The notes beneath the pieces were generated by a model, which saw only the letters and a list, made by a program, of their open reading frames with translations, was not told the DNA's origin and did no database searches. Below, one piece after another: positions 24,059-37,000 of a stretch of DNA of 64,000 bases. The stretch is taken from assembly GCA_973895155.1 (NCBI GenBank), contig OZ316893.1, positions 20,878,955-20,942,954 of the forward strand, written 5' to 3'. Numbering within the stretch: position 1 is the first letter of the stretch; each line of letters opens with the position of its first letter. Position numbers and translations under genes: made by a program. This stretch comes from Marsupella aquatica (taxonomy: Eukaryota > Plantae > Marchantiophyta).

Positions 24059-27000
24059 ATGAGTGATTCGGAGGAGTTTTTTGAAGATGTGGAACTTGAA
24101 GCACGAGGATCACTGCCACAATTTGAGGGGCAAAGAGAGGAGCAGGAGAAAGAGCATGTGACATCAATACCATCACCGATGCGGCGTGTGGTGGAGGAAG
24201 CAGTACTACTACCGGAGCTCACGGTAGTGCCAAAGAAGAAGATGGGGACTTTCAAGCTTGGGGGACCCAAGTATGAAGTGACAAAGTATGATGGGCGCTC
24301 TGACTACTTGCTATGGGAGAAGCAAGTGAATGGAGTGCTCTATGCGTCACGGATGGGCCAACTGCTGAGCCCTCATGAAGACGATGTTGATGAGAAACAA
24401 TGGGACCGCATGCAGGAGCAGGGAGTGTGGTGTGTTACACTCTATCTCATGCCTCCCATCATCAAGCAGTTGGGTGCACATAAAGATTGCATGTCCTTGT
24501 TTGCGAAATTGCAGAGCAAGTATCACCGCAAGGAATTGTCAAACCGGCTCTATACTTCCTACAAACTGATGAGTTTTAGAATGAAGGAATCCGGTACAAA
24601 ATTGCAGGACCATATGGACGCTTTCAACGACATGGTCGTTGACTTGGAAAACCTTGGGGAGACTTTGAATGATGAGACGAAGGCTCTGCAGCTTCTCAGT
24701 TCATTGCCTTCATCTTACCAGTCCCTATCACGGGTGTTGTTGCATCGTGATAGGGATACCATTTCATACAATGACGTGGTAAGTTATCTGTTTAGTGATG
24801 ATCTTCAACAAAAAATGCACATCACGTCACAGCCTTCATCATCTAGTGCTACCCTCAATGTTAACCAAGGGAGGAGTATGCAGCGACCAACTGGGGACCA
24901 TAGAACCCAGTTTAGATCTAAATCCAGATCTAAGTCCAGGGGTAAATCCCCTCACAGGAGGCAGGCAACATGTTGGAAGTGCAACCAAGTTGAACACTTC
25001 AAGCAAGACTGTAAGAAAAAGACAGCAGAAACTTCATCGACAAATGTGGCTAGGGCTGATGGAGAAACTGATTTACTCAATGATGAGTATGTTTTATGAA
25101 GTCGGGGGTATGCCCTGTGCACGTCATCTAGGAGAGCAGATGATGTGTGGATTCTTGATTGTGCTTGCTCTTTTCATATTTGTTACATTCGTGAGTTTTT
25201 CAGTTCTTACTCTATTTCAAACGGTTCAGTTCTAATGGGAAATGATCACTCCTGTCAAATTGAGGGAATTGGGTCTGTGAAGATTCAAATGTTTGATGGC
25301 GCTATGCGCACAGTGTCCAGAGTCAGGTATGTACCTGGCATGCGTAAGAATCTGATTTCACTCAGTGTGTTGGATTCAAATGGTCATCAATGGAGCGTTA
25401 TTGATGATGAACTTCAAGTCAGGTTGGGAGAGACAGTGATTTTGAAGGGGAGCAGTCAGAAGAATTTGTATGTGTTACACGGCAATATTGTATGTGAAGA
25501 GGCCAATGTAACCAAGTCTCACGAGGAGATGACTCAACTGTGGCATTCACGGCTAGGCCATATGAGTGAGAAGGGTTTGGCTATCTTACGGAAGAATGGA
25601 CTCATTTATGATTTGCAATCTTGTAAATTAGAGTTCTGTGAGCATTGCATTCTTGGAAAGCAACATCGTCGTGCTTTTGGTGTTGGTACTCATCGTTCCA
25701 AAACGGTTCTTGAGTAGATACATAGTGTCCATCCCCGACTCCCTCACACTCTGGAAAGTTGTACTAAGTATCATTTATTGACGATTACTCAAAATTTGTG
25801 TGGATTTATTTCATGACGCATAAGTCTGATGTCTTGTCCATTTTTAAGAAGTGGAAGGCCCAGGTGGAGAATCAGACTGGAAACACGCTCAAGTGTTTGG
25901 ATACAAGGGTGAAGAGTCTGAGGTCAGACAACGGCGGGGAGTACACTTCAGTAGAATTTGAAGAGTACTGTTCAGAACAGGGGATAACTCGCCATCTCAC
26001 CACAGTTTATACTCCGTAGTAGAATGGTGTCGCTGAGAGGCTCAATCAGACGCTGTTGGAGCGGTCACGGAGTATGTTGAGCCAATCAAATTTACCACAA
26101 GAATTTTGGGCAGAAGCTGTCAATACCGCAACTTATTTGGTAAATCTTTCTCCTTCTAGTGGGCCTCATTCACAATTGGAGGACCCAAAAGGAACGTCAC
26201 ACTCAAAAGTGACCATAGTTTATTATGCTTTTAGGACTTAGGCCTAATGTAGAGTGGATTCAGATATTTGGTCCACCTAGAGAGCCTTACTAATCAATCT
26301 ATTCATTAAAAGTGAATTATTATTCAATTTATGAACATTTGGGCAATAGAAAGTGTATATTTGGCCTTCAAAAAGTGTACAATTAGGCAAGAAACAAAGT
26401 TGATGGCCATCAAATGTACCACCATGTTCATCATTTGTAAATGAAGTAGGATGAGACTCCTTCTAGTCAAGATCATTTTTGTCACCTCAAGTTTACAATT
26501 GATCATTTAGGTGTAGAGTATTATACCATAGTGTACCTTTTGGGTTTAAAAAGTGAACATTTAGAGGCCTAAAAGTGAACAAAATAAAATACACTTTTGA
26601 TGAATAGGGTGAATTAGGATATCATTTTTAGGGTGTAATGAGATGATATAGAGAATTTGATGTACTATACTTAATAAACATCCTATAGGTTGGTAACATT
26701 CATTAAACTATCTAGCATTTTAGACTTTGAAGCTTTCCTTATATGTCCTTCAAAGATTGATAAAAGGACTTGTCACGCAACGGGTCACATCATTTCAGGA
26801 CTCAAAAGGACTCTAATAAATGTATTTTAGACAATGAAATTTTACCAAAGCATGCATACTAATAGCATAATCTTATATGTCAAAACTTAAATAGTGACAC
26901 ACACTAAACCTTTATGTACAGGACAAAAATAATCAGTAATTTTGGCTTATTTAGGGCCATCAATAACAGGATCCCTTAAAACAGTTGAAAACTTGATGTA

Positions 27001-29391
27001 TCTACATGGTGAGGTAGGTTACACCATGTAAAATAGTCTTGTGAAAAAATTAGACTTAAATGTCTTGAGATAAAATCATGATGAACCTTTTTCCATGTTA
27101 CGAAAGTCATTTTTCACTAAAAAAACATGTTTTTGAGTCTTGAAAGTGGTTCCTGCGAGGTACACCCAATTGTGAATGAGACCAGTGCTATCAATTTCAA
27201 AACACCGTTTGAGATGCGCTATAAGCGGCAAGCAGACTATCATGGCTTGGTAGTTTTTGGAAGTGATGCATATGCTCTCACACCAAAGCAGAATATGACC
27301 AAATTGGATCCTACCTCCAAGAAATGTGTTTTTCTTGGGTACCAGAGTGGTGTGAAAGCCTATAGGCTATGGGATCCTATTGCCTGTAAGCTCGTTGTCA
27401 GTAGAGATGTTTCCTTCAATGAATCCAGATTATTGAAGGAGGGGGAGAATACTCAGGTCTCCCGTACTGACAAAAGAAAATCTCCTATCCCGGATCTCAT
27501 TGAGGGGGAGATTGGTCATGAGGTGCATGACCAAAGAGAAGGAGTTGCTCCAATTATGGAGTTGGTTCCTGTGCCAGAGGAACCAGAGGAGTTTGTTGAT
27601 GCTGGTGAGCAGCAAGTGGATGCTGTTGAGCTTCAATTTGTACCAGCACACGGAGATCAACCGGAGTCATCGGCTAGAAGAGCATCTGGTCGCACTGTAC
27701 GCGCTCCACCAAGGTATGGACAGTGGGTTGATTCATCTCAGTTGCAAGAGGAGGATTTTGTTACTAACAATGAGGGTGATGCGTTGATTTTGGAAGAAGG
27801 GGAACCTTCTTCATTTCATGAAGCAAGTGCTTCAAAGGAGAAGCAGGAGTGGATTGCAGCAATGCAAACGGAGATGCAGTCACTCAAGGACAACAAAACT
27901 TGGGAGCTTGTCAAGCTGCCTGAGGGACAGCAAGTGGTGGACAGCAAGTGGATATACAAGCTGAAGGATCAGTCCACGGGAGGTGGATCGAAGGTCTAGT
28001 ACAAGGCTAGGTTGGTAGCCAAGGAATTCACACAGAAAAAAGGTGTGGATTACAATGAGGTCTTCTCACCAGTTGCTAAGTACTCAACAATACGGCTATT
28101 GTGTGTGCTTGTTGTTATGTTTGGTCTGCTGCTAGATCAGATGGATGTTGTCACAGCTTTCCTCTATGGCACCTTGGAAGAGATGATCTTCATGAGACAG
28201 CCGCTAGGTTTTGTGAAGAAAGGGCAAGAGAATTTGGTTTACAGATAATTGCTGAGATCCTTGTACGGGTTGAAGCAGTCACCAAGACAGTGGAACAAGC
28301 GGTTTGATGATTGGATTCGTGCACAAGGTTTTCACAAGAGTGTGTTTGACCCATGTGTGTATCTTAAACTGGTGAAGAATGCTATTTTTGGGTTCATTGT
28401 TTTAGTACTTTATGTAGATGACATGCTTATTGAGGCCAATGATAGGTCTGAGATTGTTAAGCTCAAGGCATTGCTTAGTGTAGAGTTTAAGATGGACTTA
28501 GAGCCACCTAAGAGAATTTTGGGTATGGAGATCACTAGGGACTTGAAGGCCGGTAAACTATGGTTGATGCATAGCAGTTATGCGAGGAAGGTAATTGCAA
28601 GGTTCAACATGGGGGATAGCAAGCCAGTAAATACCCCATTGGCTCCACACTTCAAGTTGTCATCAGCTTTCTGTCCTACGGATGACACAGAGAAGGGGTT
28701 GATGTCAAAGGTTTCATATGACAAGGCAGTGGGGAGTCTCATGTATTTGATGACTTGCACTAGACCTAATCTTGCCATGGCTATGGGCAAGGTGAGCAGG
28801 TACATGCCGATCCCAAGGAAGGTACACTGGGAAGCAGTGAAGTGGATTACTCGGTATTTGAAGGGTATCGTGGATCATGGTCTATTGTTTGATGCACATG
28901 CTGATAATGCTAGATCATTGATGGGCTATGTAGATGCTGACTATGCACAGGATCTGGATCGAAGGAGGTCAACAACAGGTTATGTGTTCACACTTGAAGG
29001 TGGATGCATAAGTTGGAGGTCTACTTTGCAGAAGTGTATTGCTCAGTCTACTACAGAAGCGTAGTATGTTGCAGCAGCGGAAGCAGCAAAGGAAGCGATT
29101 TGGTTGGATAGACTTATCACTGAGATGAGATTGCCACAGGGGAATGTGAAGCTCCATTGTGATAGTCAGAGTGCACTCCACCCTGCTGTGAACCAAGTGA
29201 TGGACAGCAGAGTGAAGCACATCGACGTCAGGTACCATTTTATCAAGCAGGTTGTGTCTGATAATATGTTTGAGCTAGTCAAGATTGACGGTAAACACAA
29301 CCCGGCTGATGCTTTTACCAAAGTGATTCCTTTGGAGAGTTTTTCTAAACACCGTGATGCGTTGCAGGTTTTGCAATTACCTCACAAGTAA
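24059..29391 (+). pseudogene. Copia-B gag-pol, degenerate
   Basis: Gag with CWKCNQVEHFKQDC, PR WILDCACSFH, IN LRSDNGGEY, RT YGLKQSPRQW/LYVDDML, RH YVDADYA...ADAFTK; several stops, an indel in IN and a 1-kb insertion. Confidence 0.95.
26162..27183. mobile_element. Non-autonomous TIR DNA transposon inserted in the Copia-B integrase region
   Basis: TIR GGCCTCATTCACAATTGG / CCAATTGTGAATGAGACC (17/18); AGTG on both sides; excision restores NLSPSSAINFKTPFE. Confidence 0.93.
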
Positions 29392-29583
29392 GGTTACTTA
29401 ACATTTGTGTAGATACTGAGATATGCTCTTGCTCATTCCTTGTATAGGCTACGGCTTAGTTCTGGTCTACTCTCGTATAAAGAGGGAAAAAACCGGTTTG
29501 GTTTTTCTTTCCAGAACTTCCCGCTGAGCAGTCATATTGGTAGCAGTCTTTACCCTCCCCTAGACCAGAGTCAAGGGGGAGAT

Positions 29584-29928
29584 TGTTAGGATTTACTCTT
29601 AGGTCTAGAGTTACGAATGTACCGTAGTTAAGGCTAACCTTAGTCGCAGACTTGGTTAGGTTAGTCATGCTGTGCACACTCTATAACCAAACGGTGTTTG
29701 CTTGGAGAGGTGGAACTTAGGCTCATTGTTACGGAGCTAGTTGAGAGATAGAGAGAGCTTGCGCTGTGGATGCTTGGTATGGCCGGTCGACCTAGAGTGC
29801 AGTAAAGCTCGTGTGTGTTCTCGTGGACGTAACCTCATGTGGAGGTGAACCACGTATCTCTCTATGTCGATTCTTGTGCGTTGGATGGTTCATGGGCTTG
29901 CCGTTGCGATTGTTGTCTATACTTAATA
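29584..29928 (+). repeat. Copia-B 3' LTR
   Basis: Direct repeat of 19185-19529, followed by GACAA. Confidence 0.95.
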
Positions 29929-31064
29929 GACAAATCAGTTTATCAGTTCACTTGAATCTTTTTCTTTGCAAGAAAGAACCATAATTTTTTTTAAAGAAGG
30001 AAAAAACAAAGTACAAGAAGTGAAAGGAAAAGACGTCCAAAGAGACCAACATGCACCAAACAAGAAACAAAACGCAAGTGTGAGAAGGGGGAATTTACTA
30101 GCACTTCACTAGTGGGAAGGACTAAGGTTTTTTTGGTTGGCTTCATCTCTATTTCCACTAAAAAAAAAAGGGCATTCAGGCCAAATTTTCTTATTTGGAA
30201 CAAAAGTGTGAAATAGGTATGCAGGTAAATTTGTGAAGGTTCTGAATTTATATCTACGCATCATATAAAATGTTAATTTGCGCCCATCTTAGCTTAGCGT
30301 TCTAATTTTGGGTTGAATTTTGCTAATGTGTACGCGTTAGCAAAAGTGTAAATTTAACAAAAGTGTAAATTAAACAGGTATGCAAGTAAATTTGTGTCAT
30401 CAAGGCTCTACGTTTACATCTACGCATCAGATCAAATGTTAATTTGTGCCCATCTTAGCTAAGGGTTCGAATTTTGCAGACAAAATAGTGTTCTGCGTGT
30501 ATATCTAGGCAGCAAGTCAGAAAAGTTGGTGTCCATCTCAGCTTAAGGTCCGAATTTCACAGAATATAATGGGGAAAAACTCTGAAGGGATTCAGCGCAT
30601 GTCCGTGCAGGCTCGATCGAATCGAAGTGGAGTTCTTTTCTCTGTTGGGACTTATTCCAAATGCGACAAACGAGACCTGGACGGCGCAGGAGTGGTGCGC
30701 ATTGGATTCGAATAGTATAATTTGGATTGATTGCTCGAAATGCATGCCCGATGAATAGTTATCTGCGTCCCGTGCCGACTCTCCAACGTGCACGGTAGGA
30801 TTTGAATATGACAGTAAGAATTATGTCCTCGGTAACATATATACCCATGCTGATTCAATCCACGGGAATGTGTTGGAAATATCGTCGTCTCTTTTTTTTA
30901 TTTTGTTAGTGAGCTCAAAGGGAGATTATGTCGAGCCTTATATAACCGTGCATCGGAAGTACGTACTCACATCACAGGACCTCGATCAGCACGTTTTTCG
31001 CTATGGTGAGCTAAGTCCCCTGGATTGAAGACTGATACACATCGTCGGGTTCGGAAGTAGATGA

Positions 31065-31085
31065 GCTCGGGAAAAGACAGTGCAA
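31065..31085 (+). promoter_or_regulatory. Degenerate miR408-like site of the second phytocyanin
   Basis: GCTCGGGAAAAGACAGTGCAA (16/21 to the miR408 complement), at the same position relative to the ATG as in copy 1. Confidence 0.55.
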
Positions 31086-31095
31086 AGAGAGCGAA

Positions 31096-32016
31096 ATGGC
31101 GGGTCGGGAAGGTGCGCTGATTGCGATGCTGATAGTTTTAGCATTCGTGCAGCCAAAAATTACAATGTGAATTCGCCTGGTACAAATAGTGGCTGGAGTT
31201 TCCTAATTTCGAACACTTCGTACGATGACCTTTTCAAGAACACCACATTCTTCGTCGGGGACAGTTTGAGTAAGCTCTATAGCTTTTCTGTTTCAACTTT
31301 GCCTTGCGGAACTGCCCCCATCTTACTTTTAAGGTTCGATTGGAAACGTTAACGGTAAGGCTATATTCCCTTAATTTGAGCTAGTCGATATTAGTCAGTT
31401 CTATAGCATAACTGCGAAACAAATTCTGTCCTATCGCTCAGCCCGGGTCTCAGCCAACCATATATTCCAGCGCAGAGCTGAGCAGTAGGAAAGTGAATTA
31501 TCACAAGCTTCTGTTCTCGTAGTCTAGGACGCAAATTGTAAAGTCACAAATTATTCACCGGAGCGAAGGTTGTTGCATGACTCTGTCGATGAGAAGTCAG
31601 CGTTTTGATCTTGAATTAAAAAAAATTGGTGTGCAACTTTTGTATTTACAACCGGTGTGCATAATGTCAACGAAGTACTTCCAGCGGCTATCCCCGCCTG
31701 CAACAGCTCGAACCCCATTCACACCTACACACAAACTACGACTGTGACTCTGAACACCGCCGGTCAACATGCATTTCTCTGCAGCTTTCCTAGCCATTGC
31801 AGCACTTACGGGATGCATTTGTTGGTGACAGTGGGTGCCTTCGCGGGCCCTTCTGCGGGCCCTGCTGAAGCACCTCAACCTATGCCAGAACCGGGGGGAG
31901 AGCCAGGTGGAGGACAGACAGGAGCACCATCACTTAGCGCGGCTTCATTTCTGCGGTCTGGATCAGCTATGATCGTTGGAGCTCTGATCGCTGCTTGTGC
32001 AGTTCTAGCGCTTTGA
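31096..32016 (+). pseudogene. Phytocyanin paralogue, pseudogene
   Basis: Homologous to 14766-15651. A deletion in the signal-peptide region frameshifts exon 1 (MAGREGALIAMLIVLAFVQPKITM*), and the acceptor AG is AA at 31635-31636. Exon 2 keeps the H, C, H, M ligands. Confidence 0.88.
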
Positions 32017-34043
32017 TTCAGGTTTTGGACTCTCTAATGCTGGTTCGGAGGACATTAAGTTTCAATTTTGTTGGCTGGCGTCCATTTCGTGTACATAGTG
32101 CATGCCTGCAAAGGCTCGAGATGGATCTGGAACGTGAGTGCTCGACAACCCACATTTTCACTTCACTTGCATCTTTCAAGCAGCTTGTTCAGAGCCTGTA
32201 AAACTCGGCAAATGCAATGGCTCTCAAGTACTGGTGGTAGTAGATCGTTCTCATTCTAGATCTATTTATATTAATTTGGGAGACTTTTCGAAGTCTTTGG
32301 AACTGTTTCAAAAGGTTATGAATATTCTCACATTCCGCACAAATCTATAGATATTACGTACCTGAAAGAGCAAGAGTTTCATTAGTTACTTTTCTTTCCT
32401 AGGTGAGGGGGAATGTCCAATTTTCAGTTTTCTAGAATTTGTCCACAACCGTAGCACCCATATATATTAATTTGGTGAAATCATACAAGCACAGCGCTTG
32501 TTTGCATTGCATATCCCATATCAGGCCATTTAATTTTCAAATCGTGACTGTTGAAGATCGATCATAGCCAATCAGTACGTTTGATTAGACATCCTGTCTG
32601 ATAGCTCATTCGATCACTACCTGATGTTGGTGATGTTCGTTCCGTCCGTTAAGATTTAGTAGCACTGTCTGTTACAATTTAACGTAACCCGGGTCATTCA
32701 AGATTAATTAATATTGATCCCTGAAGTGATAGATCGATAGCTTGGCCATTCCTCAATAATGTATAACTACAGTCCTAGTGGGATGTTGAAAAATATCGCC
32801 TTGATCCGTTTTGATCTACTCCACACAAGACTATGATCTAACAAAAGGGGACACTAACTAACTAACAAACAAACAAATGCATCCATGATCGATGATAAAC
32901 ATAAAGAAAATGGAAAAAGAAACCAGGATGGACTGAGACCGTGACCTTGCTCATCCCAAGGCCATAAATTCATCAGCCAGTTAGACCTGAAGGACGGCGC
33001 CCTCACTTTTGTGCTGCAAGTAGTTGTCCGGGCACCCCGATTAACTCAAAACTTACTGCTGATTAATTTCTGGCAAACTTGTGGTTTTGTTTAGAAAAAA
33101 TTGGATTATTTCTTGAATCTCAAAGTTTCATAATAAGTTTTCTGATGTCGAATTAATACTACTTGACAAAGTCTGTGATTTGTTTTAGATTATTTGTTCT
33201 ATTTCCAGTGAGCACAAAAATCATGCATGGTCGACTGAATTCAACTAAAGAAGTCAACGCTTCACTTATGTAAGGTGAAGGACACCCTGAGGAATTTTGG
33301 CATATATATATATGAGAGTTTAACCTTTGAGTTTAACCTGTCAAAGGTGCCACCCGTGTCTTTTTAGACCTTATGCGCCAGTCCATCCGAGCTTCACAAC
33401 CAACCCACTATCATAATGAGGTGGTAGTAAATCACGGAGCTTCGCAACCAACCCACCGAGACTATGCCCAAGGCAGAGACATGGAATTGTGCTCGTACTC
33501 CAACAATATTTGAACACCCTTGACCCAAAACAAGAATATCATGTTACATCCTACTACTCACTATCCTGCTGACTGTACGTAATCTGCCCGGCCGGGAAAC
33601 AATTTAGTCGAGACGGCTGTTGCTTAACTTTGGCATAAGTAGTTGTAACCTGAACTTCAGCCCCCGCTTCAGTCAAATATATATTTGAATAGGGTGGGAT
33701 TATTGTGGTCACGTTACAAGAACTCTCGGTCAATTGACTATTCAATACGTACGTGTGACTTGATGAACTTTGGTTGGGGCTGATTAAGGCAGAACACACG
33801 TTGTAATAGCATAATGTTGTTCATTAAGCACGTACAAGAAAGGAATTTGCTTCCAAAGAGATTTACTTTAAACCACAGCTAATTAAGCGCGAAGAAACCA
33901 CCACCAAACTTTGTCAGGAGCAGGATCGATATTAGAAACTGTTACCTTGAATCCCAGCAGCCTGCTCAACGCATTCAGCAATCAGCTGTTAAGATAAGAT
34001 ATAACCTTACGACTTTTCAATATTCTGACAATGGAGGCGTCAG

Positions 34044-34073
34044 TAGCATAGCATAGCATAGCATAGCATAGCA
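34044..34073. repeat. (TAGCA)6 microsatellite
   Basis: Read directly from the sequence. Confidence 0.9.
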
Positions 34074-37000
34074 TATATAACGCGTGTCACGGTCCTGAAT
34101 GACTGGCGTTTTCTTAACCATAGTAGGCCGGAGGAGAAAGCTGTCATCACCAGACCATCAGAAGTCAACACCACTATATAACAAATCATAACATAATGGA
34201 ATTAGACGCCTTTGAGTAGGAAATTCAAAGTCACCGCTATAATATAATTGAGATCGAACTAGACAAATAACCAAAAAAAAAACGTGCAACAAACCTTGAT
34301 GTGCCTCCTTTTGGTTGAAAAGTTAGCATTGGTGCTGAAAGAATCTGATGAGATGGAGCTAGAATTCTTGATTATATAAGATCTTGCACATTATGATAGA
34401 GGATCCAAATGTCTGACTATGACTTCATCTGTCAGATTCAGTACGTTGCCCCTTGATATCAGCATGCATAGCTAGTGTCTTAGCGCCGCTGAAAGGAATT
34501 AAGTAGCACAGCAGCCTGGAGGAACGTTATATCCAATAAGCTCTCAACCTTAAGGGAGGCGACACTGATGACAATTAATTCCTTGAAAGAGATTCCGTCA
34601 AAGTTCATGAATATTTCAAACAGGGATCACTTCATTTCAAATACTAATATTTATTTCAAACAGTAATTTCAAACTGTAGTTATATGCATGTGCACTTCAA
34701 GTTCAATTCTGGGTTCACAGTCAAGAACAAACCCGGCAGAATAAAATCTCCATATGATAAATGTTCCAGTACATCGAGCTAGAACAACCAATTCAATGTC
34801 CGATGTTTGCTGTTTGTTGGATAGAAATCGCTGGAAACCTCAACCCATTACCGAGATTCTACAAGAAATACGTACGTACTGTAATATTGAACGACGACTG
34901 AAAACTGTTTGCCTTTGAAACACAATGAGATAACGAATATAACTGCTCAATTCGAATCAAGAAATTTTCAGGTTGATCGATCGAAGCTCACTACTCAAGG
35001 TTTTTGTGGATTCCCTCTACCAAGTAAAGGAAAGTTCTCTCTAGTAATCGTCACGCACCTTATTAAGAGCATCTTCAAGAGCTTCATCACTCAACTGACT
35101 GCCATTATTGCCCACTATATTAATTACCACAGAAAATGGCGAGCAATTCTGTTGTAGTGATTTCTGCTGCAGGGTTGTTGCAGAAGACAGTAAACACTCT
35201 TTGAAAGCCTGTAAAAGAGAGTGTAACCAATCAGTACTCTATGTAGCTAGGTATGACCATGCATATTGGGTAAGGAAGACCGCATAAATACCTTAAACCT
35301 TGCAAATTTTGTAACCAAAAATGCAAAATCTAGGCCTGAGCTAGGCTGTCACACCTTGATCGACAAAAGGCCCACGTACGGTTGGCGAAAACGGTATGTC
35401 GATGAAAAGTTATGATATGACACGATGTGGTAACTAAACTTTTTGCAGTCTATGTCTCCCCTCAGCCGTGTCTCCCCTCAGCCGTCTAGACATTGCGACA
35501 TTGCTGCATAAATTAACATAGGATGAGAAAGTGTGTATCTAGCTCCTCAACACATTTTCGGCCAAGTGGTCGGGACTGAATGATTTAATTAATGAACATT
35601 AATGAATCGATGTCGATGTATTTACTTCTCCGACATACTAGAACAATTAATTATTTTTAAGGATTCTACTAGCATAACATCCACCTCGGGAGATCGACGT
35701 GCTTAAATGCTTCTTGAGTACATGATCAGCATCGGATTGAAGAGCATTAAATTGGTTTAGCCATTTCCGAAAGCCGTCAGTGACAGCCTTACATTACAAC
35801 CTGGCGAGATGGCCTTTGTCAGTACAAATCCGTTCAAATGCCGAGATGATCTCCATAGCTCCAGTTGGAGTCGGGAAACAAGTTCTATTTACACTTGAGC
35901 TCCGAAGCTAGAGTCATCAGATGCTTTGAACAGTAACCATAAAAATTCATACTCAAAAACTTCACTAGACTAAAATGTCTTTCAATAATTTGTCTCAGAA
36001 GCTAACTGCCGTCGCATCTATTCTCCAAATGTATGCAACACTTCGCAAACCACGTACAGAGCAGATTGTAAAGACAACTATCGATCACTCTCGTTGTCAC
36101 CCGACAGAAAGGATCCAGGTGATCGAATGTGGGAACAACGGGGAGGAGCAGGAGAAGGAGGAGGATGATAAGACAAAGTTTGTCTTGAAATAGTGGGAAC
36201 ACTTACATCCTTATGCGTAGTTTCGTAGATATATATGGCAGAGAACAAGTAGCATTGAACCGACATAAGAGTTGACGTTTCCATAACTTATTTATACATT
36301 TGTAAGATCAGGTACGTTAGGCTCGATCATATATATATATACTTTAATTAGATATTTTCTTCAAAATAAATTTCCAATATCGCGCTTAAGTCAGGGAGCT
36401 CCCTGCAAGTAGAGAATATATACCATAGCTGCAAGCTAGCCAGGCGTGGCCATTGAAGACTTAGCCGTTCTCTACGACTATTTAGCAATGTCGAGTGAGC
36501 CGCATGCTCGGCGATCCCACACCCCGCACACAAGTATTGCTGCAGCAAGGTCGACTTGGTTAGTAAACTGAATTGAGCACGCGCGCTTACAATAATTGAT
36601 TAATGGCTGTTCTTGACTGGCTCTCACTTAAAACGACCCATGCATGTGTACATACAATCAGTTTCCACGAATGCAATGGCTCTCTCGTGAAGCGTGTTCG
36701 ATTTCATCTATAACAGTCTGCCGTTGATATTAATTACTTATATAAAGGTGCTGGTCACATAATGTTCAGCAACTAACAATGTTCTCTCAGGTTTCAGATT
36801 GGTGCTACTTTTCTATTGTAAACGTCAATTGAATTGTTAAAACTATGAAACTAGCATCGCTACTCGATCTAAGATCGGGTGTTGTTGTCAATCATTTATA
36901 GATCGAAAGTCGCAATCTGGAAGCTACACACCTTTTCAGCGACGAAGCACGCCAAGTTTGGGTTGCAGACAAGCTTGCTGCTTGTGGGACTCTTAATTAG

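Larger units (their letters stand above)
19185..29928 (+). mobile_element. Ty1/copia LTR retrotransposon (Copia-B) with nested insertions
   Basis: 345-bp LTRs, GACAA TSD (19180-19184 and 29929-29933), PBS at 19532, PPT AAGGGGGAGAT at 29573-29583, degenerate gag-pol. Confidence 0.97.

Noticed and set aside
25097-25099. Programmed gag-pol readthrough at the in-frame TGA in Copia-B
   Set aside because: No recognised readthrough context, and the element has many other nonsense mutations. A family consensus would be needed.
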